Of a stretch of 64,000 nt of DNA, positions 28,276 to 37,149 are shown piece by piece. Where the stretch lies: the UHGV virus genome UHGV-0084588; one strand, given 5' to 3'. Made by a program: the position numbers and the translations under genes. How positions within the stretch are numbered: the first letter of the stretch is position 1; every line of letters begins with the position of its first letter. The notes beneath the pieces are model-generated. The model did not search any database and was not told the origin of the DNA. It saw nothing but the letters and a program-made list of their open reading frames with translations. The stretch comes from a virus.

Positions 28276-29594
28276 TGTCGTTTGGTCGGTTACAGAACAT
28301 AGCAAACGTGCACATTGCACAAGCGGCGGGATTACCGGCCATCGACTACGTACCCCTTATTACAGTTCGTGGGGTGACGATCGACGTTTACAAAACCATG
28401 TCGATAATCCATGCCAGTAATTTCGCTCAGGATTTAACGACTATCACACATCTCAGTGTGGTAATTCCACTGAGCCAGCAACGTATTCTTACGTCGTCGG
28501 CAGAAGGGGATTTATCAGTTAAAATCCTGATGCGGACAATGAACAAGAAAACCATTGCTCAACTGAACTACCGAGGAATCGTGGTTAACAATCACGATCC
28601 CGATATGGAATCGCCCACGATGTTCTTGGGTGAGTCTGACCAAAAAGGGTTGGGCGTGGTGACGTTGGAACTGATGGACGAATCGATGTGGTTCCTTCGC
28701 TGTCGGCAGGTAGGAGGGATTTACCACGAAACAGACGGATTAAGTGTCGTTCGTGCATTGCTTGCTGATACGTTACCTACTGGGGATGCACCAGAAGGTC
28801 AGTTGGTTGGTGTGGAATACGAGGAAGAAGAACAACAGCCTTATCGTGACATTTTGATTCCCGATTCGCAAAGTTTTCTTTCGGTTTTCGATTTCATTCA
28901 GAACCGTTACGGTGTGTATAGCCAAGGATTAGGTGTCTTCTTGTATAAACACCGTTGGCATATCTTTCAACCGTGGGATTCTAAGAAATTCTCTACGGCG
29001 AAAAAGAAACTGGTGGTAATTAACCTTCCAAGAGAGAAAGTTGCCTATTTAGATAAAACGTGCCACATTGCAGGTGACGTCATTTATCTGATTTGTGGTG
29101 GCGATGTTCACACCTTCGAAGACAAAGACGCCCTTGCGCTAAATCAGGGAACGGGTTACCGCGTGGGTTCAATCCGTGCCTTAGATGGACGTGCAAGTTC
29201 TTTCTCTCCAGGCGATGTTTCGGCAACGACGTCAGATTCGTTTGTTTCAGCAGCAGACCCTACACAGTACCCTGGTGGTGTTGTTAATGCGCCTATTGAT
29301 CCAAACGAGCACTTCAGCGACACGGATAAGCCCCGTCGTTCTAAGTTGGCTGCCGCCAGAGGGACACTGACCGCAACGACCTGGAACCGTTCAGCGTATG
29401 GCTTATTGCAGCCGGGTATGGCAGTAAAATATCTGTATGCGAATAATTACGGTGTATACACTCGTTATGGGACGTTGGTTGGTGAAGTTTTCCAAGCTGC
29501 TGTTGATGGCGGTTCGATGGCGTCCCCACAATTCAATACCATTAGTCAATTGACGTTGTGGTTGACTAATGAAAAATTTACAACCGCTACGTAA
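28275..29594 (+). CDS. hypothetical protein (439 aa)
   Basis: ATG overlaps upstream stop (TAATG). Confidence 0.7.
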   Translation: MSFGRLQNIANVHIAQAAGLPAIDYVPLITVRGVTIDVYKTMSIIHASNFAQDLTTITHLSVVIPLSQQRILTSSAEGDLSVKILMRTMNKKTIAQLNYRGIVVNNHDPDMESPTMFLGESDQKGLGVVTLELMDESMWFLRCRQVGGIYHETDGLSVVRALLADTLPTGDAPEGQLVGVEYEEEEQQPYRDILIPDSQSFLSVFDFIQNRYGVYSQGLGVFLYKHRWHIFQPWDSKKFSTAKKKLVVINLPREKVAYLDKTCHIAGDVIYLICGGDVHTFEDKDALALNQGTGYRVGSIRALDGRASSFSPGDVSATTSDSFVSAADPTQYPGGVVNAPIDPNEHFSDTDKPRRSKLAAARGTLTATTWNRSAYGLLQPGMAVKYLYANNYGVYTRYGTLVGEVFQAAVDGGSMASPQFNTISQLTLWLTNEKFTTAT

Positions 29595-29626
29595 ATTATG
29601 TTGTCCGTAACCTAAAGGATTTGTTA

Positions 29627-30427
29627 ATGAGTAATCTACTTACTTTCAGAATGTCTGGCCAAACGTTAATCCAAATCGACAAGTTCGAAGAAGAGAATTT
29701 TTCGAAACCGTCGAAGTTGTTAGAACGTTGCCTTAATGTTATTCCTGGTGGCGAACAACGCCAGTTGGATTACATCATGGCGTCCAGTGCTGACAAAACG
29801 ATTTCTGTTATTTATACCGTAGACGGTGTACAGAATTGTCGCTTATTACCAATCGAAGAAAAAGGGACGTTAGGTCACTTGTTGTTCCTGCACGCGATCA
29901 CAACTGCTGTGGTGTCTGGTGCTTTAGAAGCGCAATACGGCTTTGCTTATTGTTACTTCTATGCTCAGAAATTGGCTGCAGCGGTTACCCCAGGGCAACA
30001 GGAAACCTATCCTCAGTATATTGAACGTATTCTCCCTTCACACTTTAGTGAGTCGGAAGACTATGACTTCAATGCGTTTCGTTTTACCGTAGTGGGTGAA
30101 GCCCGCGATCCTGAATACACAACAGCGGTTCGTGCGGTGGTGCGCTATTCTGTGATTTCTACAGACAGCGGTACATCAAATAACTTTAATGAAGTGTACC
30201 CGGTCTTGCAGTTAGGTCCTTATGTGACTTTCAACAGCTACGTACCATTCAGTTGCCAGCTTGTGGGTCCGCAGGATAACGATTCTATTCTCCCTGTTGC
30301 GGAAGAAAAGTCATTGTTTATTCGCGAATCTGTAGAAGCTATTAGCGATAAGCGCTTTATGATTTCTTCGAAGACGGGCATTAGCGATCCTGAAATCGCT
30401 GTAATGGATAAGATGCAAGGTCTGTAA
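29627..30427 (+). CDS. hypothetical protein
   Basis: ATG 29627 with AAGGA SD; terminator-like hairpin 30434-30470 after stop. Confidence 0.7.
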   Translation: MSNLLTFRMSGQTLIQIDKFEEENFSKPSKLLERCLNVIPGGEQRQLDYIMASSADKTISVIYTVDGVQNCRLLPIEEKGTLGHLLFLHAITTAVVSGALEAQYGFAYCYFYAQKLAAAVTPGQQETYPQYIERILPSHFSESEDYDFNAFRFTVVGEARDPEYTTAVRAVVRYSVISTDSGTSNNFNEVYPVLQLGPYVTFNSYVPFSCQLVGPQDNDSILPVAEEKSLFIRESVEAISDKRFMISSKTGISDPEIAVMDKMQGL

Positions 30428-30433
30428 AAACTT

Positions 30434-30470
30434 CCCGTTACCTCTGTGGGTAACGGGAATACCTTTTATT
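30434..30470 (+). terminator. terminator-like hairpin (weak T-run)
   Basis: Stem cccgttacc/ggtaacggg then aataccttttattt. Confidence 0.45.
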
Positions 30471-30593
30471 TATCGCTAAACGCCACGCAGAAGTCATTTC
30501 ACCATTAAGGCGACTAATTACCCTTTAAAAAGAAAATCGCGTTAGAATGCGTTTTAGAGCGTTCTAGAGGGTATATGGATTCAAAAAGATTTC

Positions 30594-30632
30594 AGATATA
30601 TATTACCTAGGTGAGAGTTTACGTAATACTCA
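30594..30632 (+). promoter_or_regulatory. phage early-promoter-like element, copy 2
   Basis: Identical 23-nt core to copy 1, followed by imperfect hairpin; upstream of small lipoprotein gene. Confidence 0.55.
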
Positions 30633-30662
30633 TTTATCGAATACCTAATTAGGAGTTATATC

Positions 30663-30806
30663 ATGATTTCTGTAAAACACAAAAAAGCTATCTTCGCTGT
30701 TGTTATCGCTGTTGTTCTGGGTTGCCTGTACCTGGACATCGACAAAGGCTACGACACTTGCATCGACAACGGTAATTCCGTTGCACAGTGCACTGGTCGT
30801 GGTTAA
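30663..30806 (+). CDS. small putative lipoprotein (47 aa), absent from the ORF track
   Basis: Hand translation MISVKHKKAIFAVVIAVVLGCLYLDIDKGYDTCIDNGNSVAQCTGRG; AGGAG SD; basic n-region, hydrophobic core, lipobox-like VLGC; optimised codons; flanked by promoter element and terminator. Confidence 0.6.
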   Translation: MISVKHKKAIFAVVIAVVLGCLYLDIDKGYDTCIDNGNSVAQCTGRG

Positions 30807-30811
30807 TGTAT

Positions 30812-30844
30812 AAGGCACCTTCGGGTGCCCTTAATTTTTTTATT
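30812..30844 (+). terminator. rho-independent terminator
   Basis: ggcacc-ttcg-ggtgcc then cttaatttttttatt; right after small lipoprotein ORF. Confidence 0.75.
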
Positions 30845-30860
30845 AATTGGAGCATAAAAG

Positions 30861-31676
30861 ATGATTACTATTAAAGATTATTTTCCGCGTGGGCTGAGCA
30901 ATGAAAACTTCGTTCCAACTGAAGACATTGCCATCGTTGCAGAGTCTAACGATAAGTCTTTTAAACTCTACTTGAGTACAGCAGCAGGAAAATCTACTCT
31001 TATCCTTCGTGAACCTGAAGTGATAAGCATCTGCTCGTTTGGGGGCGGTGTAGAAGGAACGATTAACTGGTTGAAATCCAGAATGCATCGTTTACTTATC
31101 GTGAATACCGATCCTACGATTCGATTACAGCAATTGAAATCGTTGAATGAAGTTATCGTCGGATTATTGGAACACGAAACGTTCGGTAGTGCTGAGATTG
31201 CGGAAGCGATTAAATCTGTAGAACTGATCGAGTGGAGTGATATCGAATACGAACGTGCTGCGTTATTCGCAATGTACGGTGACGATAATCCCGTTGTGTT
31301 TGCACAAACGTTGGATAATGTTACCGTGACGGCGCGCGTATTGTTCGGCTTGCAACGTGTTGAGTTTGAACTGAAACACGTTTATGTAAGTAATACTCCA
31401 GAGATGGTGGAAACGTTGACTCGTGCGTTCGCTTACCCGTTAGACGGAGAATGGGAACAGCAGATTAATGAAGCGTTAGGCGCAATGCTGTTCTTAGCAG
31501 GCACACTAAGGAAAGAAGAGAAATTAGAAGGTCGTGTCTACCCAGAATACGATTTTGTTTGTGAAGAATGTGGAGCACAGTATCAAATACGTGTTCCTTT
31601 AACCGGCCTGACAATCCCGAAAGCCAACGTGGAATGTAAAGAATGTGGCCATGTTCAATACGTAGCGACTAAATAA
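30861..31676 (+). CDS. hypothetical protein with C-terminal zinc-ribbon (CxxC..CxxC)
   Basis: 271-aa ORF; C-terminus FVCEECGAQ...ECKECGH; terminator follows. Confidence 0.7.
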   Translation: MITIKDYFPRGLSNENFVPTEDIAIVAESNDKSFKLYLSTAAGKSTLILREPEVISICSFGGGVEGTINWLKSRMHRLLIVNTDPTIRLQQLKSLNEVIVGLLEHETFGSAEIAEAIKSVELIEWSDIEYERAALFAMYGDDNPVVFAQTLDNVTVTARVLFGLQRVEFELKHVYVSNTPEMVETLTRAFAYPLDGEWEQQINEALGAMLFLAGTLRKEEKLEGRVYPEYDFVCEECGAQYQIRVPLTGLTIPKANVECKECGHVQYVATK

Positions 31677-31682
31677 AAGCAA

Positions 31683-31726
31683 CCCCTAATCCCGAAAAGG
31701 ATTAGGGGTACACTTTATTTATTTTC
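31683..31726 (+). terminator. rho-independent terminator
   Basis: 10-bp stem cccctaatcc/ggattagggg then tacactttatttattttc. Confidence 0.7.
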
Positions 31727-31756
31727 GCAAATTTCACTGAAAAGAGGAGTGAACAC

Positions 31757-31883
31757 TACTAACTAATAAAGGAGGGGCTGTTCCAGCAGCCCCTCCTCCT
31801 CGCTTTAACTTTTCGAAAGAGAAGTTAAAGCAGTAGGGACTGTATAGGCAGTCCCTACTTAGGCGGCTAACGAACTGTTAGCC
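31757..31883 (+). repeat. stem-loop module cluster 1 (four consecutive hairpins)
   Basis: TACTAACTAATAAAGG leader, then H1 ggaggggctg/cagcccctcc, H2 ctttaacttttc-gaaa-gagaagttaaag, H3 gtagggactg/cagtccctac, H4 ggctaac/gttagcc; precedes micro-ORF 31914. Confidence 0.6.
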
Positions 31884-31913
31884 TAACATTAAGACACTAA
31901 GTGAGGTATCAAA

Positions 31914-32099
31914 ATGCCTGATTTACGTAAGGAAGTTTTAAAGCAAACGAAATTATCACAGCTTAGGGAAAGTGAGTTCAAGGCACACATAAACGACTAT
32001 GTCATGCGTGGCCTGATTACTGTCCCTGGACCACAACCCAGTCGTGGGACTGTGAAGCGTAAAGCTTCGTACAGTAACCTGCCGAGATGGTGGTCGTAG
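31914..32099 (+). CDS. small hypothetical protein (61 aa), micro-ORF paralog 1
   Basis: GTGAGG SD; shares F22, D/E28-Y29-V30, G33-L34, P38 at identical positions with ORF 32256-32417; flanked by repeated stem-loops. Confidence 0.45.
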   Translation: MPDLRKEVLKQTKLSQLRESEFKAHINDYVMRGLITVPGPQPSRGTVKRKASYSNLPRWWS

Positions 32100-32108
32100 G
32101 TATAATAA

Positions 32109-32196
32109 AAAGGGGTGCACCACCACCCCTTTTCATAGCTTTAACTTTTCCAAAGAGAAGTTAAAGCAGCAGAGACTGGCGGAACAGTCTCTGCTG
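32109..32196 (+). repeat. stem-loop module cluster 2 (three hairpins)
   Basis: H1 aaaggggtg/caccccttt, H2 identical arms to cluster 1 with caaa loop, H3 cagcagagactg/cagtctctgctg (different sequence, same position and shape). Confidence 0.6.
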
Positions 32197-32255
32197 TACG
32201 GTGTCAACACATAAAGTTGTTGACGTTTTTACAACATTACGAAAGGTAATGAAAA

Positions 32256-32417
32256 ATGAACGAATATCAAATACAGATGTTCAATACCGCGATGCGAAAT
32301 CGTGAAAAACAAATTCAGTTTAACCAACGCATGGACGAATATGTTCGTCTCGGCCTCGTTGCGGCACCGAAAACGGTTAACAACCACAATGTTCAGCAAC
32401 CATCTCTAAGGAGATAA
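32256..32417 (+). CDS. small hypothetical protein (53 aa), micro-ORF paralog 2
   Basis: Hand-translated MNEYQIQMFNTAMRNREKQIQFNQRMDEYVRLGLVAAPKTVNNHNVQQPSLRR; AAAGG SD; paralogous to 31914-32099. Confidence 0.4.
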   Translation: MNEYQIQMFNTAMRNREKQIQFNQRMDEYVRLGLVAAPKTVNNHNVQQPSLRR

Positions 32418-32419
32418 GT

Positions 32420-32454
32420 TACTAACTAATAAAGGGGGTGGTGACAACACCCCC
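32420..32454 (+). repeat. stem-loop module cluster 3 (partial)
   Basis: Same 16-nt leader TACTAACTAATAAAGG followed by hairpin gggggtg/caccccc, directly after stop of micro-ORF 32256-32417. Confidence 0.5.
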
Positions 32455-32558
32455 TACTTAGTTCGGTAGTTGTTTTCCGTTCATAATTAATAGCCTTCTG
32501 TTTTTTTTGCTTTTCGAGACGCATAAGGGGTTATAGGGGGAGCCGAAGCTCCCCAGAC

Positions 32559-34121
32559 TCAAAAGAGTTCGTCACCCATGCCGCCGGTAAATACGTTAAT
32601 CGACGAGGCTGTTACAGTTTCTTCTTTATCACAATCCCATGGCAAAATGCCAACATCACGGAAAGGTATTACAGTATAATGATAAGCTTCTTTGGTATCA
32701 ATAATGGTACGGTGTTTACCGCGTTGTACTTCTAAATAGCTGTGACCGTTGACGACACGTTTGTTAAAATACATCTCACCGTCAGCTTCGTTGTCTAAGC
32801 TAGAGCAGTTGTCGTAAAGACCACGACCAGGTAAGTTCTTACAGAAACTCGCTGGGTCGAGTGCTTTTAATTTTTTGCCTTCTGGTGAGATTTGGTGTGG
32901 TGCTAACAGGAAACCACGATTACGTACCACTTGGATGTTTCGTGCGATACGATAAATTTCTTTAATGTCGCTACCCGCAATGCCGTTACCGTGCCCTGCT
33001 TTGCTGATAGTACCGAAATAGTCTCCGCGTATTCCAGCTACATGATAACCTCGACGTTTTAAATCTAAAATCAAATCATTTAAATAGTGAATTTTAAAAT
33101 CGGAGTTTGTGTGTTTTTGGAAAATATACTCCCAACCGTTCGCCCGCATTTTACTACAGAGGTAGTCTGACATTTGTGCATTATGTGACGCTTTTTCTTC
33201 GTCAGTTGCGGTTTCTGGCGCAACCATTACCGGGGCTGTACCTTCAAAGTGTCCGTAAAGTGCCTGATACGCGTAAGCCAAGTTAACATCCAATTCGTTT
33301 TCTAAACTTAAATCTAGAATAACCGGTTGTAGATCACCTTTAACATTCGCCATCACCTTTTCTGGGGTGTTGAAAACAGGAATGCTAATAGAGAGCAATA
33401 AACTGAATAATGACTTACAGTTAAAGGGGAGAGCAGGCATCAGCCAGAGTTCTTCGGTGATCCCTTTGTTACAACCGAGCATCTGGTTAATTGCTTTCCA
33501 ACCTGTACGCAACCCGTTCCCTGCCGCTTTCTTACTGATAGAGTCGAAAACGTGTACGAAAGGTGCTTTATTGTCAGTAATCAATTCCCCTACCAGAGAA
33601 GGAATCTTATTATGAGAGCGTTCACTGAACGTGGATAAGGTATCCTTAAGGTCGTTGAGCGCCGTTTGTAAATCAACGCGCGTTTCGGTACCGTTCAGTG
33701 CGCCTAACGTACGACCCAATTTTTGTTTCAGTTGTACGCCTTGAATAGCTTGACGTAACTGAAAGTAGTATTGTGCTACTTGGCGATTAAGATGCTCGAT
33801 GCGTGCTTCTGGTTCTTCTGGAATATCATCTTCCAGGAATTTGGTAATCGTATCGTATAGAGGACGTATTTGCGTAGTGGCCAGTTTCAAACGTTTCATG
33901 ACGTTTGTGTGGTCGTAAGGCATACCGCCGTCTATGATGGATGTGATGATATCCTTGATTTCGACGAGGGCGGCACGTTCGTCACCTTCCTCTGCGTAAT
34001 CAGGAAGCTTAGCCTCTAACAGCACTTTTCTTATGATGTCGTGGTCCTTTTCAGGATCGGTCAGAAGACTTTCAGCGTATAATGTGGCTAAGGCGGTTAT
34101 CAACATCATTTTGTTATTCAT
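32559..34121 (-). CDS. hypothetical protein (520 aa)
   Basis: Long minus-strand ORF with AAGGA SD; hydrophobic N-terminal segment; no catalytic motif recognised. Confidence 0.7.
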   Translation of the reverse strand: MNNKMMLITALATLYAESLLTDPEKDHDIIRKVLLEAKLPDYAEEGDERAALVEIKDIITSIIDGGMPYDHTNVMKRLKLATTQIRPLYDTITKFLEDDIPEEPEARIEHLNRQVAQYYFQLRQAIQGVQLKQKLGRTLGALNGTETRVDLQTALNDLKDTLSTFSERSHNKIPSLVGELITDNKAPFVHVFDSISKKAAGNGLRTGWKAINQMLGCNKGITEELWLMPALPFNCKSLFSLLLSISIPVFNTPEKVMANVKGDLQPVILDLSLENELDVNLAYAYQALYGHFEGTAPVMVAPETATDEEKASHNAQMSDYLCSKMRANGWEYIFQKHTNSDFKIHYLNDLILDLKRRGYHVAGIRGDYFGTISKAGHGNGIAGSDIKEIYRIARNIQVVRNRGFLLAPHQISPEGKKLKALDPASFCKNLPGRGLYDNCSSLDNEADGEMYFNKRVVNGHSYLEVQRGKHRTIIDTKEAYHYTVIPFRDVGILPWDCDKEETVTASSINVFTGGMGDELF

Positions 34122-34134
34122 GGAGCATCCTTAA

Positions 34135-34659
34135 ATGCAAATTCGTTTTAGTCCACCGTGGGAAGTTCAACCTAACATAGATAAAGGCGCTGCCGTTAAA
34201 AGTATAGAATTGCTCCAGGCAGGGTTCTTTAACTGGTTATATGACTGTCCGAATGGTTTCAGTTCTATCATCTTACCTGAAGTAAGTCGTTCTGCTATTT
34301 ATAAAGCACTGATGGCTCCGCCTGTGCTTCCAGGTAAATATTATGATCAGGTGTTACGTCTGGTCGAATCAGGCGAAAAGGTTTCCCTTGACGATTTATA
34401 TGGGGAAACAATTCCTTGTCGCGTACGTTGGGTGTTTACTCAACGTGGTGATACGATTGTGGCGTCATTTGCAGAAGCAAAGTCCGGTTCGGGTTTTTCT
34501 TCGGGTGAAGACCACGCTGCGAAAAAGATGTTCTGCGCAGAACTTTTTAAATATATGCGTACCAAGACTCGCGTCGTGGATGACTGCTTCAGTACCTCAA
34601 CGCAGTTTGCCGCTAACGAAGTGCTGACGCAATTATACGCATGTCATTTATCTCATTAA
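34135..34659 (+). CDS. hypothetical protein
   Basis: 174-aa ORF immediately upstream of putative capsid gene. Confidence 0.65.
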   Translation: MQIRFSPPWEVQPNIDKGAAVKSIELLQAGFFNWLYDCPNGFSSIILPEVSRSAIYKALMAPPVLPGKYYDQVLRLVESGEKVSLDDLYGETIPCRVRWVFTQRGDTIVASFAEAKSGSGFSSGEDHAAKKMFCAELFKYMRTKTRVVDDCFSTSTQFAANEVLTQLYACHLSH

Positions 34660-34671
34660 GGTATTAAACAA

Positions 34672-36966
34672 ATGAAAGATACCCGAATCTCTAATCTGGA
34701 GAAACTCGTACAAGCTGGTAACTCGCTGGTACAAAGCGTCATTAGTAACAACAGTGCTGGCGAAATGTGGAACACCATCGTTGCTGGTGAATCTGTACGT
34801 AGCAACACGAAAGTTTTTGGTACCCTGCGTGACGACGCTGCACAGCACTACGCAAACGCGTTTGCTGGCGGTAAGAAAATGTCCCACGCTGCGGAAGTTG
34901 CTTCTGCAATGATTCTGGGTGCTGCTGGTCACGGTATGGACCTGCAAGAAAAAGTAGCGCAAGAATACGCTAAACCAGAATTCCATAGCCGTTTTAACCT
35001 GGACGTTGCGATTCCTGGTTCCCAAGCTGGTAACGGCGACTGGGGCAAAGAGCGTATGGTTGTCGCTCAGGAATACTACACCAACAAAGACTACGACAAA
35101 AACCTGGGTCTGACCTGGACGCTGAACGTACGTGCTCTGGAAACTCAGTCTCGTTTCGCTGAGACTCTGTTCCCGACCATTACCGTTGACACCAACGATG
35201 TTGGTATTACCGTACGTACCAAAGTGACCACCGTTTCTCGCGGTGTAATGAACGCACTGCTGAGCAAAGACGTTGTTGAAGATCATCGTCGTCCGCTGCA
35301 CAACGCACTGACCGACCACACCGTTCTCCAGGACGAAGCGATCAACATCGTTCCTTACGTAATGGAAACCGGTGAAAACGCTGAATACTTCGTAAGCGAA
35401 GATCTGGTGCCGAACGAATCTGTTCGCCTGGGCCGTGTACCTCCGTACCCGACTAACTACCTGAGCTTTGCTAAAGACACTCTGAACCTGTTCCAGCTGT
35501 CTGCGCATCCGGGTATCGTTCAGGAAGGTTACGACGAAACTGATGAAATCGCACCGGGTTGTGCTCTGGGCAGCCTGCTGATTTCTGTACGTAAACCGAC
35601 CGAAGAAGCGAAAGCAGGTAAGTTCATCAAACTGCACGTTCGTGACATGCAGTTCGCAACCTTCCAGCGTCCTGCTGAAGGTGATGGCCGTGAGCTGGTA
35701 CTGCAATTCCGTCGTACTGCGTTCTCTCTGAACGCGAAAACTACCGACTGGACTGGTGCGGCTATTCCGGCACTGCAAGCGCTGGGTCAGAACTCTTACA
35801 CCCTGCGTTATGTGATCACCATCAACATGTCTCTGTTCACTACCGGTCAGTTCGGTGGTAAAGTTGACATCGCTGGTCACAAACTGGAAATCGAAGGTCT
35901 GTACGACGCTACCGGTAACAAAGTTGATACCAAATCTGGTACCGGCAAAGTTATCCTGGACGGTCTGAAACTTGAACTGATGGGCTGGCGCTTCGATGGT
36001 ACTCGTACCAACGAAAACCGTCGTACCCAGGGTCTGCTGCTTGACCCAATCTGGGAACAAGAAAACTACAAACTGCAATACGGTTCTCCGATTCTGACCA
36101 AGTCTCCGGTTGGCGTTGAATACGACGACACCGAACGTCTGGACGACCTGATTTCCGCAGTTAACATCCGTAACGAACAGCTGGCTATCACTCAGACGCT
36201 GTCTTACACCGAAGCGGTACGTAACGCTGCTGCAAGCATGATCACTCCGTGGGACAAACCGGCCATTCGTGGTCTGGGCCGTCACTGGGTTGCTCCGTGG
36301 TTCAAAGAGTCTGACTACAACGTTGATGAAGTTGTACAGTCCCTGGATACCAAAGATGCACTGATCAACGCTCGTCAGGGCCTGGTACAGCGTATCGGTA
36401 ATCAGGTAACTCAGGCTATCCAGGAATCTCGCTTCATTCCTGCGCTGCGTCTGTACACCGCCGATCCGGACATTCTGCCGAAAGTTGTTATTGCAACTGA
36501 CGAACCGACTGCATCTATGCTGCTGCTGGTACAGGGCGACCAACGTCTGCTGGGCGATCGCTACGAATACGAAGTGATCACCACCAACGATGACCGCTGG
36601 CGTATCTACAACGCAGCTGACGGTTCCTGGACTCGTCGTCTGCAATGGTTCCTGAAAGTTCCGACTGCGGACGATGGTTCCTACAACGTGCTGAACTGGG
36701 GTAACCACTTCTGGTCTCCGATCATGGTTACTAACATCAACATTCAGCGTAACGGCTCTACCTCTAAAGAGCTGGCCGTACAGCCGCGCAACGCACACAT
36801 CTGCCACTGCCCGATCACTGGTCTGATCTGGGTTAAAGGCATCACCAAACTGGTTGAAGAAAAACTGGCTTACAATGTTTCTGTTGAACAGAACGGTCAG
36901 AAGCAAACCGACGGTGGTGTAGCAGGTAACGTTGCTGGCGATGGCAAAGCTGCTGCTGGTAAGTAA
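34672..36966 (+). CDS. putative major capsid protein (764 aa)
   Basis: Strongly optimised codons imply very high expression; size fits ~750-aa capsid proteins of phiKZ-like phages; AQE motifs at aa 96-98 and 132-134; strong terminator after stop; tail sheath or shell protein not excluded. Confidence 0.5.
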   Translation: MKDTRISNLEKLVQAGNSLVQSVISNNSAGEMWNTIVAGESVRSNTKVFGTLRDDAAQHYANAFAGGKKMSHAAEVASAMILGAAGHGMDLQEKVAQEYAKPEFHSRFNLDVAIPGSQAGNGDWGKERMVVAQEYYTNKDYDKNLGLTWTLNVRALETQSRFAETLFPTITVDTNDVGITVRTKVTTVSRGVMNALLSKDVVEDHRRPLHNALTDHTVLQDEAINIVPYVMETGENAEYFVSEDLVPNESVRLGRVPPYPTNYLSFAKDTLNLFQLSAHPGIVQEGYDETDEIAPGCALGSLLISVRKPTEEAKAGKFIKLHVRDMQFATFQRPAEGDGRELVLQFRRTAFSLNAKTTDWTGAAIPALQALGQNSYTLRYVITINMSLFTTGQFGGKVDIAGHKLEIEGLYDATGNKVDTKSGTGKVILDGLKLELMGWRFDGTRTNENRRTQGLLLDPIWEQENYKLQYGSPILTKSPVGVEYDDTERLDDLISAVNIRNEQLAITQTLSYTEAVRNAAASMITPWDKPAIRGLGRHWVAPWFKESDYNVDEVVQSLDTKDALINARQGLVQRIGNQVTQAIQESRFIPALRLYTADPDILPKVVIATDEPTASMLLLVQGDQRLLGDRYEYEVITTNDDRWRIYNAADGSWTRRLQWFLKVPTADDGSYNVLNWGNHFWSPIMVTNINIQRNGSTSKELAVQPRNAHICHCPITGLIWVKGITKLVEEKLAYNVSVEQNGQKQTDGGVAGNVAGDGKAAAGK

Positions 36967-36981
36967 TCTTGCTTAAAAAGA

Positions 36982-37026
36982 GTCTAAGCCCTTCGGGGCT
37001 TAGACCTTTTATTTTTTTTTCTTTCT
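36982..37026 (+). terminator. strong rho-independent terminator after putative capsid gene
   Basis: gtctaagccc-ttcg-gggcttagac followed by cttttatttttttttc. Confidence 0.8.
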
Positions 37027-37149
37027 ATTATTTTTTGGATAGATATTATTAAAGGGAGACAGTCAGTTGGTTTTAAAGGAGTATGTATGGAAAAAATACA
37101 GTTTAAACTAAAGATATGTATCATCATTAAAATTTAGCTTGGGTCACCC

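Noticed and set aside
31680-32560. tRNA or other canonical RNA gene in the hairpin-rich gap
   Set aside because: No cloverleaf arrangement, no GTTCGAATC-type T-loop or anticodon-stem pattern seen; hairpins are consecutive simple stem-loops. Not checked with tRNAscan.
34648-36906. 752-aa ORF on the minus strand spanning the putative capsid gene
   Set aside because: Exactly antisense to a strongly codon-biased gene, no SD, V/F/R/T-rich composition; a shadow ORF produced by codon bias.
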